Shown one piece after another: positions 50,171 to 62,885 of a DNA stretch of 64,000 bases. This DNA comes from Mytilus trossulus (taxonomy: Eukaryota), in assembly GCF_036588685.1 (NCBI RefSeq), contig NC_086380.1, forward strand, positions 13,392,001 through 13,456,000, in the 5' to 3' direction. The first letter of the stretch is position 1. The number at the start of each line of letters is the position of its first letter. A program made the position numbers and the translations under genes. A model generated the notes under the pieces. It was not told the DNA's origin and made no database searches. It worked only from the letters and a program-made list of their open reading frames with translations.

Positions 50171-52955
50171 TATATCAAAATAGTTATAAAGCCAAACAAG
50201 TAAAAAGTTGAAGAGCATTAAGGATCCTTTAAATAACTTTCTTTGTCTTTATATACTAGTATATATCATAGTCTACCCTTGGGTTCGGAATGGAAAAGAG
50301 TCGATACCGATATCTTCTATTGACCTGAGTCGGTACATTTGTTAGAGACATGTTGCAAAACATCATATCCAACTTATTATATTTTCAGTAGCAGTTTAAA
50401 CTTCTTTGGCCTCATAAGTTAAATCACCTTTGAAGAACCTATATTGGTATTATTGATCGATTGTCATTTTAAACTTGTATTTTTGCAAAATTATGGTTTT
50501 TGGTTTATTCATCAATATTGCAGTGTTTAAAGCAACTATTATTATAATTCAAAAATAAAACTTACGCTTTCTCAGTATTTGATTTAGTGGTTGGAGGAAG
50601 GGCGTTTATATATTCGTTTTTGTGTGTACATGTTGAGTTTCTCCCCTAATGAATCTTACACTTGTTAAAAAATGCCTTTTTTATAACATAAACATTTGAA
50701 ATTAAACATTGCACTCGCTAATGATAAGTAATTTCATAGGGTTCTTAAAATGAAACATGTTCTTTCAGGATTAATTTTATGAAAAATAATTGCTCAAATA
50801 TATAAATGCGGCAACACTATGGGTATAATTATAGCAATTAATCACTCTGCACTCTAAAGTGTCTTAAACATTAGATCTATTTAATTTTCTTATGTTAGAT
50901 GTTCAATTAATTTTTACAAAAATAGATATAATTTTAGTTTATAATTCTAATTCCCTCATGAGGAGATTACTACTCTAAATAACTATGAGCTAAACTTGAT
51001 TCAGTATTATATTAAACTTAAATGTGTTTTAAGCAATTAAATCGAAGACAAAATATAAAAAAGAGAAGATGTGGTATGATTGCCAATGAGACAACTATCC
51101 ACAAAAGACCAAAATGACACAAACATTATCAATTATAGGTCACAGTACGGCCTTCAACAATGAGCAAAGCCCATACGGCACATAGTCAGCTATAAAAGGC
51201 ACCGATAAGACAATGTAAAACAATTCAAGCGAGAAAACTAACTGCCTTGTTTATTTAAAAATATGAACGAAAAACAAATATGTAACACATAAACAAACGA
51301 CAACCACTGAATTACATGCTCCTAGTCAATGGAGGACCAAATTGAACAAAACATTTTATGGCTTAATAATATATATGTAAAGACGTTTTAACAGACCTCA
51401 CACATATGTTTCATTGAAGCTAAAGACAACTAAAATGTTATGAAAAACACAGAACTTATACACAATCCCGATGCACGCTTAAGGACAACCATAATCTAAT
51501 CAATATATTAATTAAAATGATAAATTCTCATGTCAAGAGGTAAAAATGTGCCTGATTATCGGCCAACTGTTTTGATAACTCATCATAGATACCAGGATTA
51601 CAGTTAATACTTACGCCCTCGCCCGTTTCGTATTAAAAAAACTCATCAGTGACGCTGGAATAAAAAAATGTAAAAAAGGTCAAACAAAGAACGAAGTTGA
51701 AGAGCATTGAGGACAAAAAATTCCTTAAGGTTTTGCCAAATACAGTTAAGGTAAATTATTCCTGAGGTAGAAAAGCCTTAGTTTTTCAAAAATATCAAAG
51801 ATATTTTTAACCGTTTATTTATAATTATGAAATTATCAAGTTCTGACTCATCATGCTCATGGGCTAATGCTATTAACTTGTAATATACGATTTTAGATTA
51901 CACACGGTATGCATTGTTGTACCTTCTTCATTGATAGGCTTAGATCACAGCAATAGCTTCATACAATAATTTTTATATGAAATATGTCTGTATTCAATAG
52001 AAAATGTGGGGTTTTGTTAAAATAAATAGCTTTACAGTAAACATATCAGGTATTTTCATAAAAAAAAAAGATCGAGCTTGCATGCTAGTTAAATAAGCGT
52101 GTCACTGTTTCTGAATTCCTGTTGTGTCTGCCATTGATTGAATATGTTGGTTGTTGTTCTGTTGTTTGCATGTTGTGTCGACTATAACATAATATGTTTG
52201 TGTGCGTTTCTCAGTGATATTTGTCCTTACGTGGGTTTGTGCTGTATTTCTATCACGTAGTATTGTCATTTACGCGATATTGTTTTAACATTGTCATAAA
52301 ACGGCAAGTTTAGCTAGCCAATAAACCAGATTTTACCACCAGTTTTTTTCTTTCTATAAATGTCTGTACCAAGTCTGGAACACGGCAGTTGTTGTCAAAT
52401 AGATCGGTTATATGTATGTTTGCGTCTTGGTTTTTTGCACTTCAGTTTTCATGTTGTCCCTTTGTTTCCTTCTTATAGTTGATGTGTTTTTTCTTGGTTT
52501 TAGTTTGTAACCCGGATTTATTTCTCTCACTCAATTTATGACTTTCAAACACCGGAATACTTCTGTTATATTAATATACAACACAGATGATCGATTTTCA
52601 TATACATGATCGGTTTGTGCGCACGTACGTGTACATGTAAATAAAAGTCACCAACATTACCTTGCTAATAATTGTGTACGCCAGACGCAAGTTTCATCAA
52701 CAGAGAACATACGATAGATGTTTGAAAACATGTAAATGAAACGCCATATTGAAGAGCATTTAGGAGAAAAAATCCGAAAGCCAAATAAAGACAGCTACGA
52801 CTATCTATTCATTGGGAGAAATAACATTGTTTGTACTAATTCATCCTATCTAGAATGACAAAAATCTTTAAAAGATACAGAAACAATAAAATATCTCTCT
52901 TCAGTACTGAATTCTCCAAATACTCAAGAAATACAAATTGACGGGGTTTAACTAG

Positions 52956-53172
52956 TTTTTAGCAGTATATCGTTTATCTCACTTCTATAACTTAGACAGA
53001 CGAGGTACTATAATACCTCCTCAATCTGCACCAATGTACTGATAACGGTGTGCTATACTCTGTTGTTTTAGCAGTATATTGTTTTAATATCTCTCTACTA
53101 TAACTAAGACAGACGAGGTACTGTAATCCCTCCTCAATCTGCACCAATATATTGATAACAGTATGTTATACA
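52956..53172. repeat. Two diverged tandem ~110-bp units
   Basis: AGACAGACGAGGTACT..CCTCCTCAATCTGCACCAAT occurs twice. Confidence 0.85.
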
Positions 53173-56100
53173 TTTATATTACAAGGGAGAAACACGTAAG
53201 CATAATCTAGATATGAGATTAGCTTTGGCTTTATGATACTTTCATCGTGGCTGAATTACTAATGTTTTCAGCAAATAGATTTCTATTCACACTGCACTGT
53301 TTCTTTTATTTATATACGAACTTTTAATGGAGTGATATTGATGCTAGTGTACTAAACTGTTTAACCTCAAATTGATCATTTTCTTTAAATCATTAATACT
53401 TAGCATGAAAATTTTTAATACTTACATTTAGTTAAAAAATAACTTTTCACAAATGGTTTGAAAGGGTGAACTAAAAACTCATCAATCTGTTTTGAAGGAG
53501 AAGAAATAAACGTTTACATTTATCAAAAGGTCAGACATGGATATAACGTTTTATTGATCATGTCTAATGTACTTTATAAATCATTTATACGCTTTGTGTA
53601 GATCATTTAACATCAACCGTACCCCTATGGAAATAACAATAGATCAAAACATATGCTAGGTGCATTTGATATATTGTACACATATATCAAAAAATATGTT
53701 ACTTTATCTATCGATATTTTGACTTCAATGTTTTTGCTAACAAGTAAAATAAACTAAAGGGCTTTAGACCTCACACATTTACCAATGCATATTGTATGTA
53801 ACTGAAAATCCAACCTGATTTGGTGGGGGTGGGGATGGAAATACATGAATGTACATTATAAAAATGTCCAAATCATACTTTGAACTAAAAACTTACATTC
53901 TTCAATTTATAAAATATCATACTAGTATAAAAGTTGACTACCGACCTGCTTTAGAACTTCCTGGTATTGATTCTTCAGTGGAATATACCGCATTGGTACT
54001 AATACAAGATTACAAGATACCAGGAAGGCCAGACTTCGATGTGTTGTTTACTGCGTCGGCGACATCGTTAACAATTTGTGATCATGTCAATATAAGAAAA
54101 ACTAACTATCATAATGGTTATACAAGAAGATGATGTTTTTTCATAGAGCTAAACAAAGACCACTATCAAAATGCTGAAATCTGACACTCCTTCATATGCA
54201 TTTGACTGCATGCACCATGTATATGTAGAGTAGTATGAAAAACTGTGGCTATATTATGTTTTGCGCTTGCATCAGATGGACTGTTTTAGTCTACAAATAA
54301 TTCGTATTTAATGAAAAGTAAACCTGGGAACAGTATATATGTTCCTGAGTAAACTAATGACTTTTCCTGAAATAGGATTGTTATAATGACATTTTAGAAT
54401 TTAAAAAAAAATTGTTTTATAACACACAATGATGTTAGATTGTTATCAATAAGGAACTAAGAAATTTTGAAAATTCGTTTTTTCCATAGTTGTTTCGATC
54501 TAGGGAAAAGTAAAATAACAAAAATAATGCACTCCGAGGAAAATACAAAACGGAAAGTCCTAAATCAAAAAGGCAAAATCAAAAGCTCAAACACATCAGA
54601 CGAATGGATAATAATTGTCATATTCCTGACTTGGTACGGGAGCTTTTCAGTTTGAAGTTGATCTCGATTATAGTGCATCGATAGATATAAAACAATGTGT
54701 TAAGTACTGAGATATAATTAAATTTTGGATGTAACGCGTTTTGAATGGCTAACGTTATTTTGTTATGAGCCCATGGACACAATTGTGGCATGTGACCGTG
54801 ACGTCATCAACGTTTTTTCATGGTTTTCTACGGTTTAAAATGGAATTCAGAATTAAATTATAAGAAATGACTGTTATATTTTTTCTGTCTATTCGAAATA
54901 CGCGCGTTATTCAGTGTGCACCAAATTTTTGATGTTATTTCTTCATTCCTTAACAGTACAATTCCACTGAGAGAGAATCCTCACAGAAGGCGATTAAGCT
55001 GTGTATGAAATGATGTCGCAGAGATACCTCATCGAAAGTGTAGATTGTATTGGAATTACGAATTATTCAAAGTGTGTGCCATAAACAAGTGCATTTCTTA
55101 TGCCAATCTTTTCTATCATCCTTTGCACATGATGATGTTACAAAAACATGCATATTAATTAACATAATACTTTTGTGATAGTGTGCCTTCATTTCGAAAT
55201 AACAAAATATTGATATGTTGAAAGTATTTAGAAATTAAATAAATTAACACAACTGTAAATCTGCTACCCTATTTGTCGTTGATTTACGTTTGGTATTCAG
55301 TTGATCAATATTAGCAAATAGCATCATATTCATTTAGATATCATTTGGTTGTTTCCTCTCAAACTTGTTTTTTTTTATATTCAACTGGTATGTTATTGAC
55401 ATTTTAATTATCAAAATGACATGCAGGTGTAGAATAACTGTCAAAAATTGGTGAATAGCATTTTCTCATTTTTTAATTGTATCAGATAAAGGGTCTCTAA
55501 TCTTATCACTAATAACTCAAACACAACTGCTACATAAAACATTTTAAATTATATGATGAAGGACAGTCTTGTTAGTTATTTAAGATGAGGAAAAGCAAAG
55601 TCTGTTTTTTTCTTTCTTTTTATTTGAGTTTTGTTTTAAAAAATTGTTTGTTAAAAGTAAAAAAGCAGAAATACCGACCTGCGAGGAAAATTCAAAACGG
55701 ATAGTCCGTCACCAAATTGCAGAGTATAAAGCTTAAAAAGAATAGATAACAACTGACTTTCAACAGGCATTTCCTTTGATAGACAGTGGTGGATTAAAAC
55801 TGGTTTTATAGCTAGCTCTTACATGTCTTACTGATACACAAAATCCATTTTATGGAAAACAGTGTGTTCTGATATGATTCGTCATAGTCAACTAAAACAA
55901 TTAATAATCACATTATATGCGGATAAGGTGCCTTTTTCTCTCTGGATTTCCTATAATCAAAATTTTTGAGACTATTTTTTATTTCGTGGTAAGCACACTT
56001 TACCCTTTAAATTATTTGTCGATGAATACTTTTGTTGCATGTTATTATGCAATGGGTAAAATACATGTTTGGCATTAGATTTGCACTTGATTATGGCAGA

Positions 56101-57048
56101 TAATTTGATCATAGTAATTTATTCTCACAGCATGATTTTAAATTTGTAAGTTTTATTGAGAAACAATGGACACTTTCTGTACGTAATCTTCGCGACATGA
56201 TAGTGAGTAACATCCCTGTGTGAGGATAGGCTTTTGGTTCAATTGTACTATTGAGTAATCAGATATTTGCCAGACATTAACTGCTGTACTGGAATCAAGT
56301 TCAAATTAGAAATAAAATGCTTCCAAAATCATAACAAATTGAAAGTATATTTTGTCCCTGAAAAAAAGTACCCGACTATACCTCCCTTAAAATAGCACGT
56401 GCTATGTTAAGGTATTTAGTTAAGCAAATTTTCAGAGACAAGTGCCTCTGATATGATATTAATGGCAACTACAATCTATGAACCGGAGACAAAAAAGTTG
56501 AACGTTCTTTAACATAAGTATAGATGGGGTCTGTTATGCAAAGGGTAATAGTATTTATCCCTTCTTTCACGTAGATCTAGGTTTAAGTACTAGTTGAGTG
56601 ATGAGATTGACATATGACAGCAACACTTCAATATCATTGGTTTCATTCGTTTCCAAATTTTCAAATCGTTAGAAATGTTGAAATACATTAGAACTTCTTG
56701 CAAATTTACTCTGTCAAAACCTCCCTATCTATATGAAGATGATTATCAGTTTTAATTATTGTATCATCATGAATTGACACCACTTGCATTACTTTAATTA
56801 TTTGAAAAATTTCTTTTAATATATTATAATGAAAAATTGAAATATATCTTAAGATGCTTCACAAAATTATAATGTATTGCGTGATGAGAGATCTAACTGA
56901 GATACATTCTAATAAACCAATGTGTTATCGTAAGCGTTAATAGGAATAGAGGAAAAGAAATGTAAAAACTTTAAATCTATTTTGTGTTTGCAAAACAAAG
57001 AAATTGTACTGGGTAAACATTGAGCTTTCTTTGGGAGATGTTGTATAT

Positions 57049-57300
57049 AAAGGCAACAGTAGTATACCGCTGTTCAAAACTCATAAATCCATGGACAAAA
57101 AACTAAATCGGGGCAACAAACCAAAACCGAGGGAAAAGCATTAAATAGAAGAGGAGAACAACGACACAACAGCACACAGAAACGGACCAAGCAACAGACA
57201 ATACACCACGAGAATAAAAAATATAACATCAAAACCAAATACATGAATATGGGATAGACAAGTACCGTGCCACGTCTTATCTCAAAAATAAGAGAAAACA
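57049..57300 (+). repeat. Dispersed repeat family F (AAAGGCAACAGTAGTATACCGCTGTTCAAAACTCATAAAT..)
   Basis: A diverged reverse copy lies near 52440-52570. Confidence 0.6.
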
Positions 57301-58039
57301 GAAACGTATATCATTAGGTTAACTAAGACGTTTTCTATTTCATTTTTTACATGGTACATCAAAACACATACTTGAACGTATTTCCGTCTAGAACAAGTAA
57401 TTATTCTATTTCACACATATAATCTGTACTACCCTCCCAATGGAAGGAATTATACATTACCAAACGTACAACAAATATTTAGGAATTATGTAAATGCTTC
57501 AACATTCCGGCAGAGAAAAAATATATAGCTCAATTTGATAATTATGATATTAAGCATCAAGTGATCATTATAAAGTTTCATGTTTTTTATTGATCAGTTT
57601 TATTGCTGTAGCATGTGTAGGTCAGATTTAATTGATATTGTTTACGAGGGAAAGGAGGATTGGTATCATTCTTTTGATCTGTCGTTCATATTACAGTTCG
57701 TCAAAATTCAAGGCTATCTTAATGGGTAAACTATTTTTGACCTTTTCTGTTTTAATACTGTAAACTGCAACTTTTTCATCCTATATGATAAATAGAGGAA
57801 AATAGCAAACAAGACAGTTGTTTTTTTAAATTCGTAAAAGAGGACAAAACACAAAAACACGTTTGATTATGGGGAAACTTTATCAAAAAGGATTAGTCTC
57901 CTGAAAACTTTACCTGTCCATATTTATATTTTATTTCTTCCCGTTTATCTAGTTCTTTTCCCCCTTTTCTATCTCTCTTTTAAATATTTTTTTCAAATTT
58001 TGTTTACCTATGTACATACAGAATATGAATACTTGCCAA

Positions 58040-59600
58040 AAAAAAATTATAACTAAACATACGTTTAACGAACTATTTGGTACTTTATGTACACGTTTAT
58101 CTAGAAAAACAACTTCAACTTTAACTGGTGCATGTTCGTTTGGAAACATTATTACCTTTAAGCCTGTACTGTTTGTCTAAAACAACATTATAATGGAAAA
58201 TATATAAGTATCTTTTACTTGTGATACTGCAAATACTGTTGCTTCATAAAAGTGAAAATCGCTTGTGATAAAAAGAAGAAGTTTATGAGAATTAACCAGT
58301 GTATTATCTAGTCGTTATGAAGTATACAGAAACATGGGGTTTAGGTACGAAACACAAAAAAGTATGAATAAGAACTGTACATACAATTGTTACATAATCA
58401 TATCAAATATAGATAAATTAATGCTATCTGATTAGGACTTTCCGTTATGAATTTTCGTTTGAGCTCGACATTGTTGTGATTTTACTTTGTAGTAGAATGG
58501 GAAGTTTCTATTGAACAAAAATAAAATACACTTAACAAAAATCAGCAACATCAATTTAGACCTTTTTTTCTAGAAATGACTACTGATGGTAGATTGAACT
58601 TTAAAATTTATGACAAACGCGATGATTTAATTGTCCATTTCTGTATAGCAACATCTCAGCGGCACCATCATTTGGAGTTTATGTGTCTCAATTGATACGT
58701 TACTCTAGAGCTAGCTCAAGGAAGCTGCTTTTATTGAACGAGGAATACTGCTTTCTCAAAAGTTGCTAAGACATGGCTATGAATCAATCAAATTAAGGTC
58801 ATTTCTCAAGATTTTCACTGTCGCCATCATGAGCTGATTGGCTATTATGACAAAAGTGTGTCAGAAATCATGTCTGATATTCTTCCTCAGTCATAATAAC
58901 CTTCCACCATTACCGAACTGAACAAAGAAATAATACGACGGGTGGCGTATACGGTGCAAGAAATGCTTACCCTTCCGGAGCACCTGATTTCACTCCCAGT
59001 TTTTAGTGAAGTTCGTGTTGTTCCTTAATTATTATTTATAACTGTTGATGTAAATGTCCTTTGGTTTTGTGAGTCTTTGTTCACTCCTTGGTTTTGATTG
59101 TTATTGCTTTTAACCGGAACAGTTCGACTTGAAACAACAAAACTCTTAAATACTTACATATAAAAAAAGAAGATGTGGTATGATTGCCGTGTCTGCCTGA
59201 AAACACGACAACGTTTAACTTTAACGTGTTCAACCTAAAACAACAATACCCTTTAACCTGTAGATATTCATTAAGAAACAACCAAAGGAATTAGTGGTAA
59301 TTGTTCGATTAGAAACTACACATAAAGGCGATAATGTTGGACTGAAACAAAACGCAATGATGGGAAATATGTTGGGAACTGATACTTTGATACTGTTATT
59401 ATTGTTTGCTTGATAAAGGTGAGAACAATTATGATAATAATCAGCAATTTTTGAGAGGTAACCAGTGGAGTAACTGATCGTTTAAAAATATAATACTATT
59501 AAATAATTACATAATAGGTACGAAACACAAATAAATATGGAAAAGAACTGTATATACAATTGTTACATAATCTTATCAAATATAAATAAATAACTGCCAA
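58040..59600. repeat. Diverged local duplication (58040-58425 versus 59205-59600) flanking the PLE relic
   Basis: TAGGTACGAAACACAAA..AAGAACTGTA.ATACAATTGTTACATAATC occurs near 58342 and 59515. Confidence 0.75.
58553..59110 (+). pseudogene. Penelope-like retroelement 3' fragment (RT thumb region plus 3' end), frameshifted
   Basis: LDL..GRLNFKIYDKRDD..PFLYSNISAAPSFGVYVSQLIRYSRAS..FIERGILLSQKLLRHGY..RHHELI, matching the PLE YDKRDDF / GVYxSQLIRY motifs. Confidence 0.85.
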
Positions 59601-60326
59601 TGCTTTCGTCAGCACAAACCACTATCTGATGATTCTAAAGAACAGCAGTGGAAGCATTGAGATAGGACACATGATTTACAAAACACAAATTGTATTTGTA
59701 CTGATTACTATTTAAAAGGTGGAAAAGACGAATTAATCCTGTATAATTAAATAGTGACTAAAATATCAGACTTTTCTTTATCTGCCAGTTGATTTTTTCA
59801 AATCCTTTTATCTATTTATTATAACGAAACTCATCAGTCTATTATCTGAAACGATTTCATATATTTTGTTGGTGAATTATGCTTTAAATCCTGCCGTATT
59901 ACACTGGAGAATTGCAAGCTGTCTTTATGGTGATAAATTACAAAGAAGAGACAAATGCTTTTCATGAGATTTTCTCTAACTTTGATCATGTTGAGGTTGT
60001 TTATATTTTATAAAAGAGATGATATTGTTCTGTAAATTGGCTGCAAATTGCCTATTGAAATAATGAAGATACATTTCTCTAACTCTATGGAAATTTATCC
60101 CTTTCCGAACCCATTGTATAAAAAATTTTAATCAACGTGTGGTTGCTGGTGATCTCAAAAGATCATTGGATGATTTTAAGGGTCATGACCTTTTTAGCTA
60201 ACTGAATGAATCAAAATATGATAACAGGTGTTAATGAAATTTACAACTTCGTGCAATGTGAAAGGCACTCGAAGGGGATTTTCGGTTAACAAAAAAAGAA
60301 AATGTCTTTTTAATCATTAGAGAAAC

Positions 60327-60489
60327 AGATTCTTACATAGTTACTCGTGGATTATCGGATTTATCCAATCTCGATAGTTAAATTATAAATTTTAAAGTCC
60401 TCGCCGAGGCGTCTCGGACTTTAAAATTGATAATTTAACTATCTCGATTGGATAAATCCGATAATCCACTGGTATCAATGTAAGAATCT
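60327..60489. repeat. Long imperfect palindrome (163 bp)
   Basis: AGATTCTTACAT..GTGGATTATCGGATTTATCCAATC / GATTGGATAAATCCGATAATCCAC..ATGTAAGAATCT, centred on CCGAGGCGTCTCGG. Confidence 0.92.
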
Positions 60490-62023
60490 ATATGTATACA
60501 AAACGCTTTATTTTAATATCGTATAAAAAGCCATATCTATGACCGCACTTGTTATCCGTGACAACGTTACGGCAATGTTCAGATAAACAAACACACTGTA
60601 GGCTTGATTTGAATGCCTCTTGTAATTATACAGGGTTGTAAAAGCGTTAAACGTGTGCAATTGTAGTATGAATCGGTTTTGCATTTCCTCAAAGTAAATA
60701 AAATGAAAGGAGAAACACATGTAACGAACGACTATCTTTCTTTACAATTTGAAACAATGAAATGAACACTCCAACATTTACAAATAAAACAAAACTTTCA
60801 AAGGAAAAGAACAGAAAAGAAAAGAAAAACACACATGACCAACAAAGAAGAATGCGTCCTAACTTGGAACCGGTGCAAAAATGAGAATGTGTCCAACCCT
60901 GCCTTGATAGCTTTAGCCACACTTAAAATCAACTCACAACGACGCCGTGTAAAACATAGTTCGACAGATAATTTTTCCATCATATCCGCCCAATAAGGGT
61001 TCACTATCATGCCATCATAAGTTATGCAAGATACGAAGAACATAACACGTATCATGCCAACAACTGGTATTAAAATAATTGTGTATGTTCCGATGTATAG
61101 ACCCTTTGATAAAATCGAATTTGATTTCAAGATATCTTTATGAGAACATATGTCTGTTTGAAGCTTTTGTTAGCTTTTGAGGTTTTTAAGGTAAATGACA
61201 ATTACCCGGGTTTTTTTTGTTTATATTAAAAAAATAATTACAATAAAAGATTGGATGTTAAATATCTGAACGTATAAGCTTATTGACATTGCTGCACGTT
61301 TATCTATATTTACGAATGATGTGTTTCAGGTCATTTCCTCCACAATTAACAATAAAACTGACCGCCGTTTAATTGTGAATAATTTAACATTTCTGTCTCA
61401 TGCATGCTAATATATTATGATTTCCTGGTGTTGTAAACTGCTATCTTAATGATATCTATAACACATATAAGATTATTTATATTTCTTTAAGTTAAACAAT
61501 TAATTTGATAGAATTAGTTCTACTGTTTTGATTTCGACAATCACATTACATCTTGTGTGGGCATTTTATAATGTACTTACACACATGTTGGTGATTGATG
61601 ATTTGAAATTAAAGTTATTTATAAATCAACCTGTAAATTGACCACTGTTAAACTAAATACTGACGAATGAGTGGTCATATATCTTATAAAGAAACCATCA
61701 GTCATTATATTATATGCTCTAACAACATGCGTAAATAAACTGTCTCGCCTTGATAATGACAGTTATAGAAACCAGTCATCATAACCGTACTATAACAATT
61801 GTATAACATGTGGTATATATAATCATGAGGGATTTGTTTTTGAAAGGAAAGTAATGTTGTCTTACTGGTAATAAAACTAAATCCAAAAGAATATGTTTCG
61901 TTTTTGAAGACAGTTAAAGATTTATTCATATATATATGCACTCCTTCTCCTGATATGTACACAATGACCCTGGTAACTTCATTTATAAAAAATATCAAAT
62001 GAATATCTGATATTCACTGTTCA

Positions 62024-62603
62024 AAGGTAGGTCCGATAAGGGCCTATTTTGGCCTCAAATTTCAGGTTCATCAAACGAAAGATTTTGGACACTTTTTAAA
62101 CACTTAAATGTCTATTTCAATTGATTCGATTACTTTATTTGAAAGATTTTAACTGGTTTAGTAATTAAAAACACCCTGTGACAAGCTTGAATATGAAAAA
62201 AACTATCAAATATGCCAAAAATCATAACTTTTCAGATGGTTTTTGTCACAAATGAAAGTGGCCACATCCGTGTTGATCTTCAATCTTTATATATGTTTTG
62301 TATTATCATTAAATACAATCTATATTTCAATACAATGAATGAACACGAATGCAGCCACTTTCGTTTTAGATGGAAATCGTCCAAAATTCAACTAAAATGC
62401 TAAATTTGTGAAGATTTCAGTAATTTAGCATGACTTAATGATGCTAGTACGCGATATGTGTGCATTGTATTGTCAACAACAGCCCATATATATGTAACAG
62501 AAGCATTTTACTTTCCAAAAAGTAGCTTAAAGATTACATTTTCACAATTTTGTAAAACTGCTATATTTTGGGGCCAAAAAGGGGTCTTACTGAACCAACT
62601 CTT
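62024..62603. mobile_element. ~580-bp MITE with ~35-bp imperfect TIRs (Kolobok-like)
   Basis: GTAGGTCCGATAAGGGCCTATTTTGGCCTCAAA versus TTTGGGGCCAAAAAGGGGTCTTACTGAACCAAC. TTAA at the right end. Confidence 0.65.
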
Positions 62604-62885
62604 TTAAAAAAAATCTGATTATTTTGTGATTGCCTCAAATATAAACATTTAATAATGACTATGGATATTTTATTCCTACAAGTCATATTTATGTGATTTA
62701 TCAAATTGTCTATCTAACTAAAATACATATTTGAACTAGGATACAATAGCGAGAAATGCATAAAAAATATTTAAAATCATTAATAATGCATGATGTTGAA
62801 AAAGTAAGTTGGCGTTATTTCTAAAATGCACAATATTCTACATTTAATAGTGATTTAGGAAAACAAAAACATATATACATATATA

